A stretch of DNA of 55,618 nucleotides, counting the filler, from Dirinaria sp. TL-2023a (Eukaryota), in the NCBI GenBank assembly GCA_051941275.1. It is 2 parts of 2 records of this genome, joined end to end, with 100 filler letters (N's around TTAATTAATTAA, not from the genome) between each part and the next. Parts side by side here need not be neighbours in the genome. Positions count along the whole stretch, not along the records: positions 1 to 27,785 come from JAVEBF010000135.1; 1 more part is not named here. One strand, given 5' to 3'. Below, one piece after another: positions 1 to 12,284 of this stretch; the stretch's first letter is position 1, and each line of letters starts with the position of its first letter. The position numbers were made by a program, and so were the translations under genes. Under the pieces are notes generated by a model. It searched no databases. It was not told where the DNA came from and worked only from the letters and a program-made list of their open reading frames with translations.

Positions 1-3000
1 CGTCAGCTAGAGCCAGCCCTGTCTACGCCATGGCCTTACTTCAACTGGTTTACCAGATGTCAGGACCCGTACGAGCTTCATCCGGTTCAGATCCCACATA
101 AGGACTTGTCCGTCTGAGGATGCAGAGAGTAGGGCGGCGAACGATCGGGATACGGCTAGTACGTCGATCGCCGACCTGTGTCCAAATAGACTGGCCTTGG
201 GTTGTAGCTGCACGCTTTTTGATGCTATTGTGGTTGCCCACACGGAGATTGTGCAGTCCACGCCGGCTGTAACCAGGGTCTTGGGGTCTACAAAGATAGC
301 ATTAGACAACTGGCCCGAATGGACGTGTTCGAATAAATCCACGAGCTAGCATCAGTTAGAACTGGGCCCAGCCGACAATGATCATCACATCACCTTCCCA
401 GACTCCTCAGCGTAGAACCTGATACTACCATCAATGTAACCCCACTCCATGCACTTTTCGAATGCCGGCGCTATACTTTGTCGCGAAAACCCTGAACATA
501 TGACGCGTTCCTGTTTCCAAGAGTACTGTAACGAGGCAACTCGCTCGGAGCTTTCTGTTACAATTCAGCGAGTGATCTGCGATATTCACGAAAACGATTT
601 GAATCTACCTAGCACGGGAAAAGGTAAACGAGTAAGGCTCTCGGCACAGGTATCTAGCCTCTTGATCCGGTGCCGCTTGTCTTCACGAGCCGGATGGTTT
701 TTCTGGAAGATTTGATACGGCGTCTGGCCAAAGTTATGAATTATTCCTATGGTTGCTAGCCTCTCCACAGGATCGTCGATAGTCTCAAGGTCTTTCGCGC
801 CGTGATAAGACAAGTAATGGAAGACATTGGTGGCTTCCAAAGCAGCTTCGCCACGTTGTTTGTGTCCGAAGATGAGGTCAATCCAGTGATGTAAATGCTT
901 GCTCACGTATTCGCTTTCCAACGCTTCGCGGTGCTTTGCAATGAAAATTTTAGGATCACCTTTAGCCCACGGTGGGAGGACCACATTGTCAATGGCACCA
1001 CCATCACCTTGACGAAGGCCGAAATCGTATCCGTTGGAATTGATCAAAAATTCTGGCAAGTAATAAAATTCCGGAATGAGTTCTCTTACGTCTGTCATGT
1101 TTTCGCGAGATGCCGATAGCCAGGCCTTCTCCATAGAGTAAAATAGGCGATCCGGATGGTCAAAGCTACCTCCTTGTAACAATAGATATGATTGTACAAA
1201 AGGCTGAAGACGTATCAAATAAGACGTGACAATCATGGCTGACGAATAATGAGTCCCATAATGGAATGGTGGCTGATTTTCATTCGCCATCTCAGCAAAT
1301 ACTTGATAACGTTCTCTAAAGTCAGCCTGCCTTTCTGGCGTCTGGCAGCCCATCGGCTTGCTTAGGTCTCTAAAACTCCTCGAGTCCGTCAAGTCCAGCT
1401 CCTCGCTAGAGTAGTCTGCGAGTACCCACGGAAAAACGGGATACTGAGTCAGATCGTTGAAGGTACGTCCAGCCATGGTATTAATCAACATCAGGTATTG
1501 GAAGTTTGATATCTCCCCCTTGGCCCATCTGCGTGTGGCAGGGTTCGCGTGACTATGGGCAAAAACACTAGAAAACCTCGAACCTAGGGTCTGCAGTTCT
1601 GCTTCCGGGCTCTTGATAGACTCGATTCTCCAAGTGTCTTCCTGCCCAGGGGAAGACGCGCGTTCGGCAACACTGACAGCCATTTCACGAAGATCCTTAT
1701 GTAGCTCATCACGTAAATGGGGGTTACTGGTCGTAAGAAGGTAGCTCCTACCATCCCCGAAGAAGATTTCGACCGCCACGTCACGGAATAAGAAACGCCT
1801 CTTGGATATGCTTAGGACGTCGTCCCACCGCCAACTTCTCGTCTCCTGATTAGCATTGATAGAAGAGCTGCCTTCTTTGTCAGTTTCCTTCCCTGAAATC
1901 ATTTGTACATAAGGATCACGCTCCAATTTTGGTGCTTGCCAAACATTGACAATCTCGCCGTCTGATCGTTGAAATAGGTTATCAAGCAGATAGAGGTAAT
2001 CTTTGCCTAGGATCAGCAAGCCCTCACAAGCTTCAAGTCCAATGATCCTAGAAATGTTTAAGACATGCTTAACCTGATCTCCACGACGCAGAGTTCGCAT
2101 GACTTTGCGGTTCTTGTCTTCGTAATTCTCGAAATCGTCTTGCGGATCCTCAATAAATTCGAATTCTTCATCGTTGTCCAGCACTTCTGCAGCAGGTTCT
2201 GGCGGGGTTACTGCCCCTAGAATGGACTTATGTCCAGCGGTACCACCGTGTACTGGGACTTCGAGATGGTGCGAATAAGTGGTTGGATCGTTTGGGGCCC
2301 AGGCTTGCCGTTTACCAATGCTACTACGATGTCGACTGTCACCATGGCCTTGCTGTCCTCTCCGCTTCAGATTTAGTTGCACATGCTTGCTAGCTATCAA
2401 TCGTCTTCGCATCCTATTGCGACCCTCTGTTTGGTCAAGTTGCCACCGTAAGGTAGACTTGTTTTCGAAGAGGCCGGACGAATGACGTAGATCCTGGTTC
2501 ATTCTATTCCAAGTCGATAAATTGAAAGTGTGATCGTCATTTTGATCTTGCACTGCTCTTTGATGCCTGAGGTGTTCCGATGTGTAAATGTTTGACGACC
2601 AATGGTCGGCACTAACATCATGGCGTCTTAAGATTTCCTCATTTGCTAATTCTTCCGCTTGCCAGACTTTGAGTCTTTCCTTCCTTTTATTCACTCTGGC
2701 CTTGGAGTTCTCTTGTGTTCTACGGTTTTCTTCAGCAACGAAGCCATCCCATTCATTAGCTAAAGTTTTTACGATGAAGCCATCAAGCTCTTCTCGATGA
2801 TCATGAACCCAACAGAGAAAAGTCTCGTTGTCAAGTTCCATGATCTTTTTGAATCCACAGTACAGTGGTGAGTTGGCACTACCAAGGGCGTCGTGGAGTA
2901 CATCAGATGTATAGTGGGGTTTCTGTACGAGTAAGATGCGCCAAAGGTTTGCTGCGGCCATGCGTACCGATGCTTCAGGGCCAACAAGCTTAGTGTAAAG

Positions 3001-6000
3001 TAGATAGCAAAGGAGTTTAACGTAATAGTCCTGGCCATCCTGGGTGACTAGGACAACGCTCTGCCAATAGACAATTTTGTCAAGAAACGCAGCGGCTTCA
3101 CTGGGGCTGGCGGACTCGTCGAGCTCCGAAAGTTTCATAAGGACCACACGCAGCAGTACAGCTCTCATTCCGGCTATTGTTTGGTTGCACAGCCTGATAC
3201 TTTTAATTTTAGCGACGTCTGGCATTTGCAAGTACTCCAAAATATTGCCAAGGAAATCAAATATAGTATCGACCCCATCGATAAACCATCCTTCGTACAC
3301 GGCTTCGCTCAAATGGGAAGCGAACCTTGCGAGGTTTGTTAAAACACGGGGCTCGCACAGGAGATTCTGCTCAAGCTTTATAGTTTGATTGAGACGCGAC
3401 AAAGTGTCTCGGAGTATTAAAGTCTCAAAGTAGGCTTGATGCTCTTGAAATCCCGGTGGAACTTTCATGAAGAGACCGAGTCCTAGGAAATCTTTCCTCG
3501 CAAATATTTGATCAGAGAAGACATTGATGACCATCTCAACTAATTGTTCCACGATTGAATTCCGGCCATTTAGGGGTACCTTCGACACTGCTGGAGAATG
3601 GGATACAGGAGTTTGCAACTTTGGCACCAGAGGTTCATCGTGCCACTGACTAGTTGACACGAGGACGTAGGAAGACATACGTCGGGGAGCTTGCACTCTG
3701 GATACTCGCAGATGCTGCTCAGCGGAGGTAGTTCTAATCACACGAGGCTGACTAGAGGCTGTGTATGACAGCGGTCTGATGACCACATCGCTCCCATCAA
3801 ATGTAAGTGCTGAATCCCTGCAATGCAACTCTGTTTCTGGACTGACAACGTCGGAGCTTACAACGATGGGAAAGATCACTGATAGAAGGTGCTGAACATA
3901 GCTGGAGCTTACTGCAAAATCCTGAAAGGCATGGCTTTGGCTGTGAACGTCAGCCAAAAAACGCGATACCGTATGAATAATCACAGTTGCGTCGCCCTTC
4001 CTTTCTTGGTCTGACTTCAGTGTACCTGCTCTCAATCAGCGTCTCCTCATGAAATAATCCAAAGATCAGGTCACCAAAGGTAATAGAGTCTTTATCCTTT
4101 GACATAGTCTGCGTAGGCCCAGGACTCGAAGGCGGTCCAGAACTGAGACTAGGAGTGGCTTCATATTCCATTCGATGATTTATAGGCGAGTCAGGATCTG
4201 TCTGGTCCCGGGTTATAGCTCGCAACCCGTTCTGTAGCATACCAGCAAGGACTGGGAATATCTCAGCGTAGACTACCTTGATCTGTAGGTTGACGTTGAA
4301 GGCCTCAAGCAGGTTGAAAAGATCGAAATTTCTACCCATATCGATAACAGCGACGTCTTGGCCGAACAACACTGCAAAACAGATTGGCCAAATTGACGGA
4401 ACATTCCACCATCTTCTCAAAAGGCGTTGCATTATGACTATCCCTCCGGTTTTCTCTGCAAATTTTTTCATATAATTTGGCCCACTCACGACTAACAACC
4501 GAGCGAGCATTTTGGCGGCGTGAACGACCACTGCTGCATTGTCGCTGGCGAGGAGATAAAGCAACCACTGACGGAGATTGTCACCTCAACACTTAATGAA
4601 ACGCAAGCAGGAAGACTCACCCTGTTGGTTACCGTCCTGGCAAATCTCTTGATGTTGCTTGTGTCTTTTCCGTCGCACAGCAGGTTAGCATAAAACTCTA
4701 AGATTTTGACTGCAATCTGCAGACAGCTCAATCCACAAGGACCGGGGTTTGAATTTGCCGGACTTGAAGGAGCGTTGGTTGGTGTCTGCTTCCGGTGAGA
4801 GGCGCCATCTTTTTTTGAAATACTCTTGGTTGGTGTGAGCAGTGACGCACTTCGCCGCTTTGGGCGATGAGTTGCATAAGTAACAAAGAGAGCTAAATAT
4901 CGTAGACAATCGGCCGGTGGGTGTGGTGTCAGAATTGTTCTGAACGCTTCCATGAAGTGCTGGAACGTATCAGGAATGAAGGTCTCCCCTTTGAGTGCAT
5001 CCAACCATTTCTTTGCTATGCCTGCGGAGAATGAGTTCCGTACTCGTGCACAAGCTCTTGAGCACTTACGCATTTTAGACAGTCGCTTAGAATTGAAATA
5101 ATGGTACTTGCTGTCTTTCCCAAAAACCACAAATTGATTGTAGTATAGCCTTTGCACGGCTGGAGCAGCCGTTCGCCAAACAGCTAGATCTATGAGTAGA
5201 ACACGATACGCCAGTGGGTTATTGATGGCTGAGTCTCGAGGGCTCTCGGCATTGTATCCTACGAAGGCAAGAATGTCCGAGAGTATACTCAGTGAGAGCT
5301 TCCCGTAGTCTTCTTGATCGTCAGATGCAGAGCCTTGATGATCACCGTTTAGCAGTGTGCCTCTGTTAGGGTCAAGCTTTTTAGCGAGCAACGTGGCTAG
5401 GACACCAAAGCCATTTTCTCTCTCCATGGCTTCGCTGTTGCGCCAGCTATCTTTAATGCTTTCAAGCAAAATTCGAACAGCTATATTTAAATCCGCGCCA
5501 GTTTTGGCTGCTTCGACCAATGATAGTCCCACTGCGGCACATCCACCGATACGCCAAGCAGCATCATCCAAAGCTTGCGACTGAACCACGACAGGATCAC
5601 CAGTGAGCACAGCGAATCCCGATGTATGCTGCAAAGCTTTATTGATGTTCGGCATAGCACCATTGATTACCAGCGGGTTCTGACCTCGGGTCATGCGCTG
5701 TAGGTTCTTAAAAGCTTGTTTTCCAAGCCCTTTGAACGTTCTTCCTTGCTTACGTTCAGACTCATCATCACATAACACGCCATAGGGCGAAAAGTTTAGA
5801 AGGGTCTGGGATTCTGGTACAAGTGCACTGGCTTTTGAGCGGATTGCAATGATAATGTCAGATGTTTCTTCTCTGCCTGGATGCAGGCTTTCGTTCCGAA
5901 TATTTAATGCAGCGGACGCTTCGTAGGTTTGGAAACCTCCAAGTATATCTTGATAGTTGCCGTTATACCTTGGGCCGAGTTGGTAATGCACGGCGATCAG

Positions 6001-7665
6001 ATCGTCACTCAACGCTTCTGCAATTAGATGTGCGGAAGCTAACCGCCACTCAGAAAAGACTAGACCTTTTCCAATGCGTGTAGCGAGATCTTGAGGTGTT
6101 CCAAGGAAAGCCTGTATTGGATTGAGCCGTCGTGGATTATCTTTGCCTGCCGTGCCAGAAGATACAGGATGTGGCGGTGCTGGATAATTTGATCTGAGCT
6201 GTTCGACGAAGGTGCCATTTACAAAGAGGGAAGCTCTGGATGACATTGTAGTCTTCGGTCGCCGGTGCACAATGGTAATATGGTACCAACGCTTGTCCTG
6301 AAATGCGAAGGCCTTAAAACGTACACTTGGCCTTGATGACGACACTGAAGTCTGGAGTATGAGATTGTGAGTGTCCTTCTCGAGGTAAACAAGCACGAAA
6401 CAAGACTGGCTGGAGTCGAAAGCGCCGAAAAGCGTAGTGTGGGAAGAGGCGTCGAAATTGACCATATAAAGCCACAAGGTCAATGTGTATCCAGCACTGG
6501 AAGCTGGAGGGAAGCCTCGTCCTATACTTGGCAGTTCAATCGATGAGTAGCCATGTACAGAGAGATCGAAATGTATGTATGGAGGGAAGTGAGATAACTT
6601 CAAAGCTTCCAGTAGTAGCTGAGACATGAAAGGCGAAGACGCTGCTGTGCTGTAGAGAAGGCGTGCATCGTCTACACTTGAAACACCAAGTTGTAGCAAG
6701 TCGAGAGCAAGGCTTCGAACCACTTTTCTGTTAGAAGAGGGGGGAAATGTTGATACTAGACAAGAAAGGGTGTTGCTCAGCAGCGACGTCGCGTGGAGGG
6801 CTGAGAGATTTCGCGCAGACATGTTAGCTAGATATCTGATGGTCACCAGCACCCCATCAGCGGCTGCCAAATTGGTCCCGCCTTCGGTACGATGCCTGGC
6901 TTCCACGGATCTCCAGAGCTCGAAAATAAGTGACAGAGCTTCGGGATGCTGTACGACTGTCAAAGCGTTAATGTTTTTCTTCAGCAAACCCATTTTTTCA
7001 GCGTCTTCCTTGATATCTAGCACCTCTGGTCCACTCGGTGAACCGTTGGGAAACACTATAGACGTCGGCTCACTACTAGACTCTTCTTGGGCTCCGAGTG
7101 AGGATCTCCTGAGCTGGAAGAAAAACGATACCAACGTCTCATCATCTACTGCGCAGGCTAGCAAGCACCCGCATAAATGCTCATACAAGCAGTAAGGATT
7201 TGTAGCCTTCAGGCTGTCTCTTGGCAACATGGATCCGGTCAGCAGTACTTGCAGGGACTTCCAGCCTCCACCATCAACCCGATTATGGAAGAACCTCTGG
7301 TTTCCCTTATGGTCTCGTAAACCAGCGGACAATATTCCAAACAAGACAGAGATGTAATCTGATAAAAGTGTCTGCTGGACGGATTCAGGTTCCGTCTCCG
7401 GTTGCAATACGGCCACGACCCGCAACGCGTTGAGCAGGACTTGGAACCCATTCTGGGTGCGAAATCTGTCCTTTACCGAATTGGCATCTGGGACATCTAA
7501 CAAACAACGGCGTATGCAATGCCCGGTTTCGATTTTTTTGTGAAGTTGCTCAGGATCAATACTATCCCTGGCAGAATTGAGTGGCTCTGACAGGCAGTCC
7601 AAATAAGACCGGAGCTCCAGCATCTCCGCTTCAGAAGCGGGATCCAGGCTTCTCGAGTCCGCCAT
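1..7665 (-). CDS. BPH1: BEACH/beige-domain protein (ConA-like, PH-BEACH, WD40); 3' end lies outside the window
   Basis: ORFs 4492-7665, 3950-4564, 586-4035 and 7-342 join through GT-AG introns at about 5022-5069, 4568-4620, 4026-4074, 555-608, 346-393, plus an intron starting at 39. BEACH hallmarks: WAKGEISNFQYLMLINTMAGRTFNDLTQYPVFPWVLADY, HYGTHYSS, DVRELIPEFYYLPEFL and WIDLIFGHKQRG. WD40-like repeats follow (LVTAGVDCTISVW, LLSASSDGQVLMWD). Confidence 0.95.
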
Positions 7666-8326
7666 GGCTGTCCGTGATCATGATCGGGCTGCCGTGCACC
7701 TACAGCTTTGCTGTCACCTGGAACCCGGATCTGATGGTAAAGGCACGCGACCACATGCAGATGTTACTGCTATTTTCTGTTGAAGCCTTTGCTCCCCAAA
7801 AGCGTGCATGAGCAGCGAGTCTTGCAAGATCATCGCTGAAAACGCACCAGCTGGCTTCTTTCCAGAGTAAATGCTGGATTCTTATCAATGCGATAATTAT
7901 GACTCTAGAAACACCTCTCGAGGATAATTCAATCTTCAAAAAGTACTTGCTACTACTGTAGGTAAGGTAATCTTTGCCCACGCGATAGCGGCTACCCTTT
8001 CCAGACTAGCTCCAGCACGTGCCAAGACCTTAGCTAAGCTCTCTCGCTCTCTAAGGTTCCTCGGTTGCTCCCAACTGTTGCCTTGCGACCGGCAGCTTGC
8101 GAGTCCCCTGCCACCTTTGAAGAGGTCATCCGTCGTTCTCTTATCATCATCCTCGATCGACTACTTCCACTTTACTAGTACTACTATCACCTCATCGAAA
8201 CCCTACTTTACTTCACCCTACTCCATCTCTCCTTCCTCTCCATCCATCTCTCCAAATATCTATTTCAGCACCTGTAGACCTCTGCCAGCTATCCATTAAT
8301 TGTCCCACATCGATAGATTACACCTT

Positions 8327-9978
8327 ATGATGAAAGGTCTACTCACGCTTTCGCTGTTGCCTTTGTTGGCTTCAGCATCCCCCATTCTCGGTGCTGACAC
8401 TATCCACAATGACGCTGCCCCCGTCCTCTCATCGACCGCCGCCCAGGAGATACCAGACTCCTACATTATCGTCTTCAAGAAAGATGTCTCACATTCGACT
8501 GCAGCGCTGCACCATGAGTGGGTACAAGAGCAGCATATTCAGTGTATGAAAGCGAAGAGGGACTTGCACAAGAGGTCCCAGACTACATTTGTCGACTTTA
8601 GCGGTCTCAAGCACACATACAACATTGCTGGAGGTCTTCTGGGCTATTCGGGTCACTTTGATGAGGAGGTCATTGAGAGAGTCCGGCGACATCCCGATGT
8701 AAGTTCCCACTGTACTATTCCTTATCTCCCACCTGCCACGTGACCCTTCTTTATCTAAAGCTCGGTCTATCCACTGTCATGGGCATGTGAACTAATACGG
8801 TGCAATGGCTTATAGGTCGCCTACATTGAGAAGGACTCGGAAGTCCATACGATGGACTCTGGCGAGACCGAGAAGAATGCACCATGGGGCCTGGCACGCA
8901 TATCACATCGAGATAGCCTTAGTTTTGGAACATTCAACAAATACCTATACTCCGCTGATGGTGGCGAGGGTGTCGATGTCTACGTTATCGACACCGGCAC
9001 CAATATCGAGCACGTCGATTTCGGTGGTCGGGCGCACTGGGGCAAGACCATCCCCTCAGGTGATCAGGACGCTGACGGCAACGGCCATGGTACTCATTGC
9101 TCTGGCACAATTGCTGGGAAGAAGTACGGTGTTGCGAAGAAGGCCAATGTTTACGCTGTCAAGGTTTTGAGGTCGAATGGCTCAGGGACTATGTCCGATG
9201 TTGTCAAGGGCGTTGAGTGGGCCGCGCTAAGCCACACCGCAAAAGTCAAGGCAGCCAAGGAAGGTAAGGGCAAAAAAGGCTTCAAAGGAAGCGCTGCAAA
9301 CATGAGTCTCGGAGGGTCGAAGTCTATCACACTCGATTTAGCAGTCAATGCCGCCGTTGATGCAGGCATTCATTTTGCCGTCGCTGCTGGCAACGACAAC
9401 GCCGACTCCTGCGGCTACTCACCAGCAGCCGCTGAGAAAGCTGTCACGGTTGGAGCGTCGACCCTCGCTGATGAGCGTGCTTACTTCTCGAACTATGGGA
9501 AGTGCAATGATATTTTTGCTCCCGGTCTCAACATCCAATCCACCTGGATCGGCAGCAACACTGCTGTAAACACAATCTCGGGAACTTCTATGGCGTCCCC
9601 CCATATTGCTGGTCTTCTGGCATACTTCCTCTCGCTCCAACCCTCCTCTGACTCGGCTTACGCCGTTGCCGAAATTACGCCCAAACAACTCAAGGCTAAC
9701 CTTGTAGCCATCGCAACTCAAGGCAGCCTCACAGAGGTACCATCTAATACCAAAAATGTAAGCCTACCTGACCGCACTACGCGCTCCCCGACATATTATA
9801 AATATACTGATTCCTCATCCAGCTCCTTGCCTGGAACGGCGGCGGCACCTCAAACCTCACCCAAATCTTTGGGCAGCAAAAGACTTCCGGAAAGGTGCCC
9901 ACAAAGGCTGAGAAGATTGAGAAGTTCCTCGAATCGGAGTATGAGGAATTCCGACACTTCTTCGACGAGCTCAAATAA
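8327..9978 (+). CDS. PRB1: Vacuolar subtilisin-like serine protease (proteinase B/PepC/Alp2 type): signal peptide, I9 propeptide and S8 domain
   Basis: Exons 8327-8698, 8816-9757 and 9823-9978. Signal peptide MMKGLLTLSLLPLLASA. Catalytic triad motifs YVIDTG, NGHGTHCSGT and SGTSMASPH. Last exon starts LLAWNGGG. Confidence 0.95.
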
Positions 9979-10364
9979 GCGGGGAGGGGCCCGGTAGACC
10001 AAAGTTGGCCATTAAGAATGTGTTCTTGAGTAGGACTGAAGCGCAAAGCTGGCACAACCCACTGGCTGGCGCTTTCTACTGTCATCGAAACTAGATAGGT
10101 GCTGGATTCTTGGCTACGTGTTGGGTGGTCTGCATTCATCGGGGCGTAGAATGGTACTTGTAGTCTTTCCTTCGTGCAACGGCCGCCCGGTATCACGTCT
10201 GTGCCGAATTTCCTTTCGTGCTTTCCTCGGCCCTTTATGTCAACCACTACCCTTATTTACACTACTGGCAAGCCCTACCGCCTTGTAATATCACAACCAG
10301 AAAGCTTTTGGATTGTTCGATTGAAGCTACAGTCAAGCTATGCTCAGTCTCCCCCTCACAATCT

Positions 10365-11039
10365 TTATTTCCCACAATGCTTCCCTCCTCTCTTGCCAAT
10401 ATGCTTGCTCTCACAGTACAGCTTCTCACTATACCCCTTCAAATCCCTCGCATAGATCCCAAAATCCTCCTGCAACTCCCCCTGCAGCGGCTGCACAGTG
10501 TTCGCGTACGGGCCTCCATAATTCTCCCATGTCCTATAAAGACTTCTCTTCCTCCCCAACTCAATGACCTCGCTGAACCTTTCCGTCTTCAACGCCCCTC
10601 CATAAGCAGGATTATTATCCCCCCACACCGCCCTATACACCTTGTTCAAATTCGGCCAGAAGCTACCATCGTGCTTCAGCAATCTCCTCGACACATACTT
10701 GGACGGATGGGCTGGCGTGGAAATGTCCCTGACTATCTCCGGAGACAGAGTGGTGTTGGTTGGGTCAGAGGCGTTGAGAACAACGATGTAGGTGAAGGTA
10801 TCACCGAGAGATATATACCCTGGCGCATTGGCTCCGTTGGTTGTGATGTTTGCTGCCGGGGTGAAGGTGTTCCATTCGGGGTAAGCGGTGGTGTTGCGAA
10901 TGTTGTTGAAGACCAGCGCGGCGGGGGCGTGGATGTAGCTGGAGCCGAAGACGCTGAAGAGGGTTTCGTTGCGGGGGACGAGGACGGTTGAGAGGCCGGC
11001 GGCCGGGGGCCAGGCAGCGAGGGAGGCAGCGACCGCCAT
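10365..11039 (-). CDS. Hypothetical protein, probably SRPBCC/polyketide-cyclase-like fold; possibly secreted
   Basis: Intronless 224-aa ORF with biased, C-ending codon usage. The N-terminal pattern IHAPAALVF...YPEWNTF resembles the SRPBCC/START N-terminus. Five N-x-S/T sequons. Confidence 0.7.
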   Translation of the reverse strand: MAVAASLAAWPPAAGLSTVLVPRNETLFSVFGSSYIHAPAALVFNNIRNTTAYPEWNTFTPAANITTNGANAPGYISLGDTFTYIVVLNASDPTNTTLSPEIVRDISTPAHPSKYVSRRLLKHDGSFWPNLNKVYRAVWGDNNPAYGGALKTERFSEVIELGRKRSLYRTWENYGGPYANTVQPLQGELQEDFGIYARDLKGYSEKLYCESKHIGKRGGKHCGK

Positions 11040-11174
11040 TATTGTGGGGTTTTGGGAGATGGCGCTTCAATTGAGGGACGATGTGTGCGTTCCTGGACTT
11101 GGACTTTTCGACCTGCTCAGACTGGCGGGATTCATCGTAAAATATGTCCGAGTGGACCGCATTTCTCTTAGTGA

Positions 11175-11325
11175 GAATCGTGGGGATCGAATCCAAAACC
11201 AGCCGAGATGGATTCAGGATTCGAGTCCAAAATCGAGTAGGATTCGATTACGGGATCGATTCCAAAATCAAGAAATTAGGATTCGAATCGAGAGGTGTGT
11301 AGGAATCGATTCTGAAATCGAGTCC
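11175..11325. repeat. Degenerate tandem array of TCGA-centred near-palindromes (about 35-50 bp units)
   Basis: Recurring GGGATCGAATCCAAAA, GGATTCGAGTCCAAAATCG, GGGATCGATTCCAAAATC, TAGGATTCGAATCG and GGAATCGATTC within 150 bp. Confidence 0.6.
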
Positions 11326-12284
11326 ACGACGTCACTGCAAAGGGAGGAACAACCCATTATTTCAGACGTGGTTCTCAAGCTCGTCGACATTGCTATTTTA
11401 CTTGCTCTGTTGAGATACAAGCGTGCCGCTTGAAAGCGCAATCGCAGAACACTTAAGAGATAGACTGAGTAGCCTAGTAGACTTTCGTAAAAGCATGGGT
11501 CAAGGCAGTCTTAATACGGTGCCGTTTACCTAGCTATGATGTACCACGTCTTTCCACGTTCAGATGATTGACAGCGCGATCTACGCCACGTTACCTCGCA
11601 GAAAATATCCCACTCTATTACTTTATCTGACCCCTTCAAAGACGTCATCGCGATGTGTCTGCCTGCCTGTCTGATCTCATCGCCGTTGATAAATAGGATT
11701 TGCCTTCTTACATATAATACCGAATCATAATGAGCTGACTTTACACTTCTCCGCCTCACCTTTCCCACCTCTTTCTCAGTAGCGCAAGTACCAGCGTGAT
11801 TGTATGTTCGTGTCTTCTGGTTCTGCTTCAATATACGCTTCATGATACTTAGAAGGCGCAGACTGTGTTGTAGCTGTTCTTTGAGGCATACTATCGTATA
11901 GAGTGATTTTCAATCATCAGAAATTATACATAATGATGATTTCAGAGCTTTGAATCAGGCAATCGAGTAGAGTACCTTCTGGCACAAAGATCATTTCCTA
12001 GTTCCCCAGCTTAACTCCGTACAGTAGGTAGCCACGCTAGTACGAGTCAACAGATCGCGCTAGTCCTCCGTACTTGAGCTGGATTTGATTGGCAGTCTGA
12101 CTTCGCGTTCTTCAAATCCTGTCAATAATATTATGCTACACCTAAGGTACTTACTTGTACTTTGGACGTCATCTAGATCAGCTCAAGACCATCCCAAACC
12201 CTTATAGCATCAACTCTATTTGTTGCTCGCTTTAGAGTCTTATTACTGCTTGCAGGTCAACTTCTCTCATGTCAGTAAACAAAA

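Noticed and set aside
10218..10991. 257-aa plus-strand ORF
   Set aside because: Antisense shadow of the codon-biased 10365-11039 gene; non-ATG start and no recognisable motif.
11526..11843. 105-aa minus-strand ATG ORF between the SRPBCC-like gene and MUS81
   Set aside because: No recognisable domain or codon bias; cannot be supported without expression or homology data.
11912..12100. ATGATGA...CTGA box C/D snoRNA-like pair and a small hairpin
   Set aside because: Spacing is long, there is no terminal stem, and no rRNA-complementary guide was recognised.
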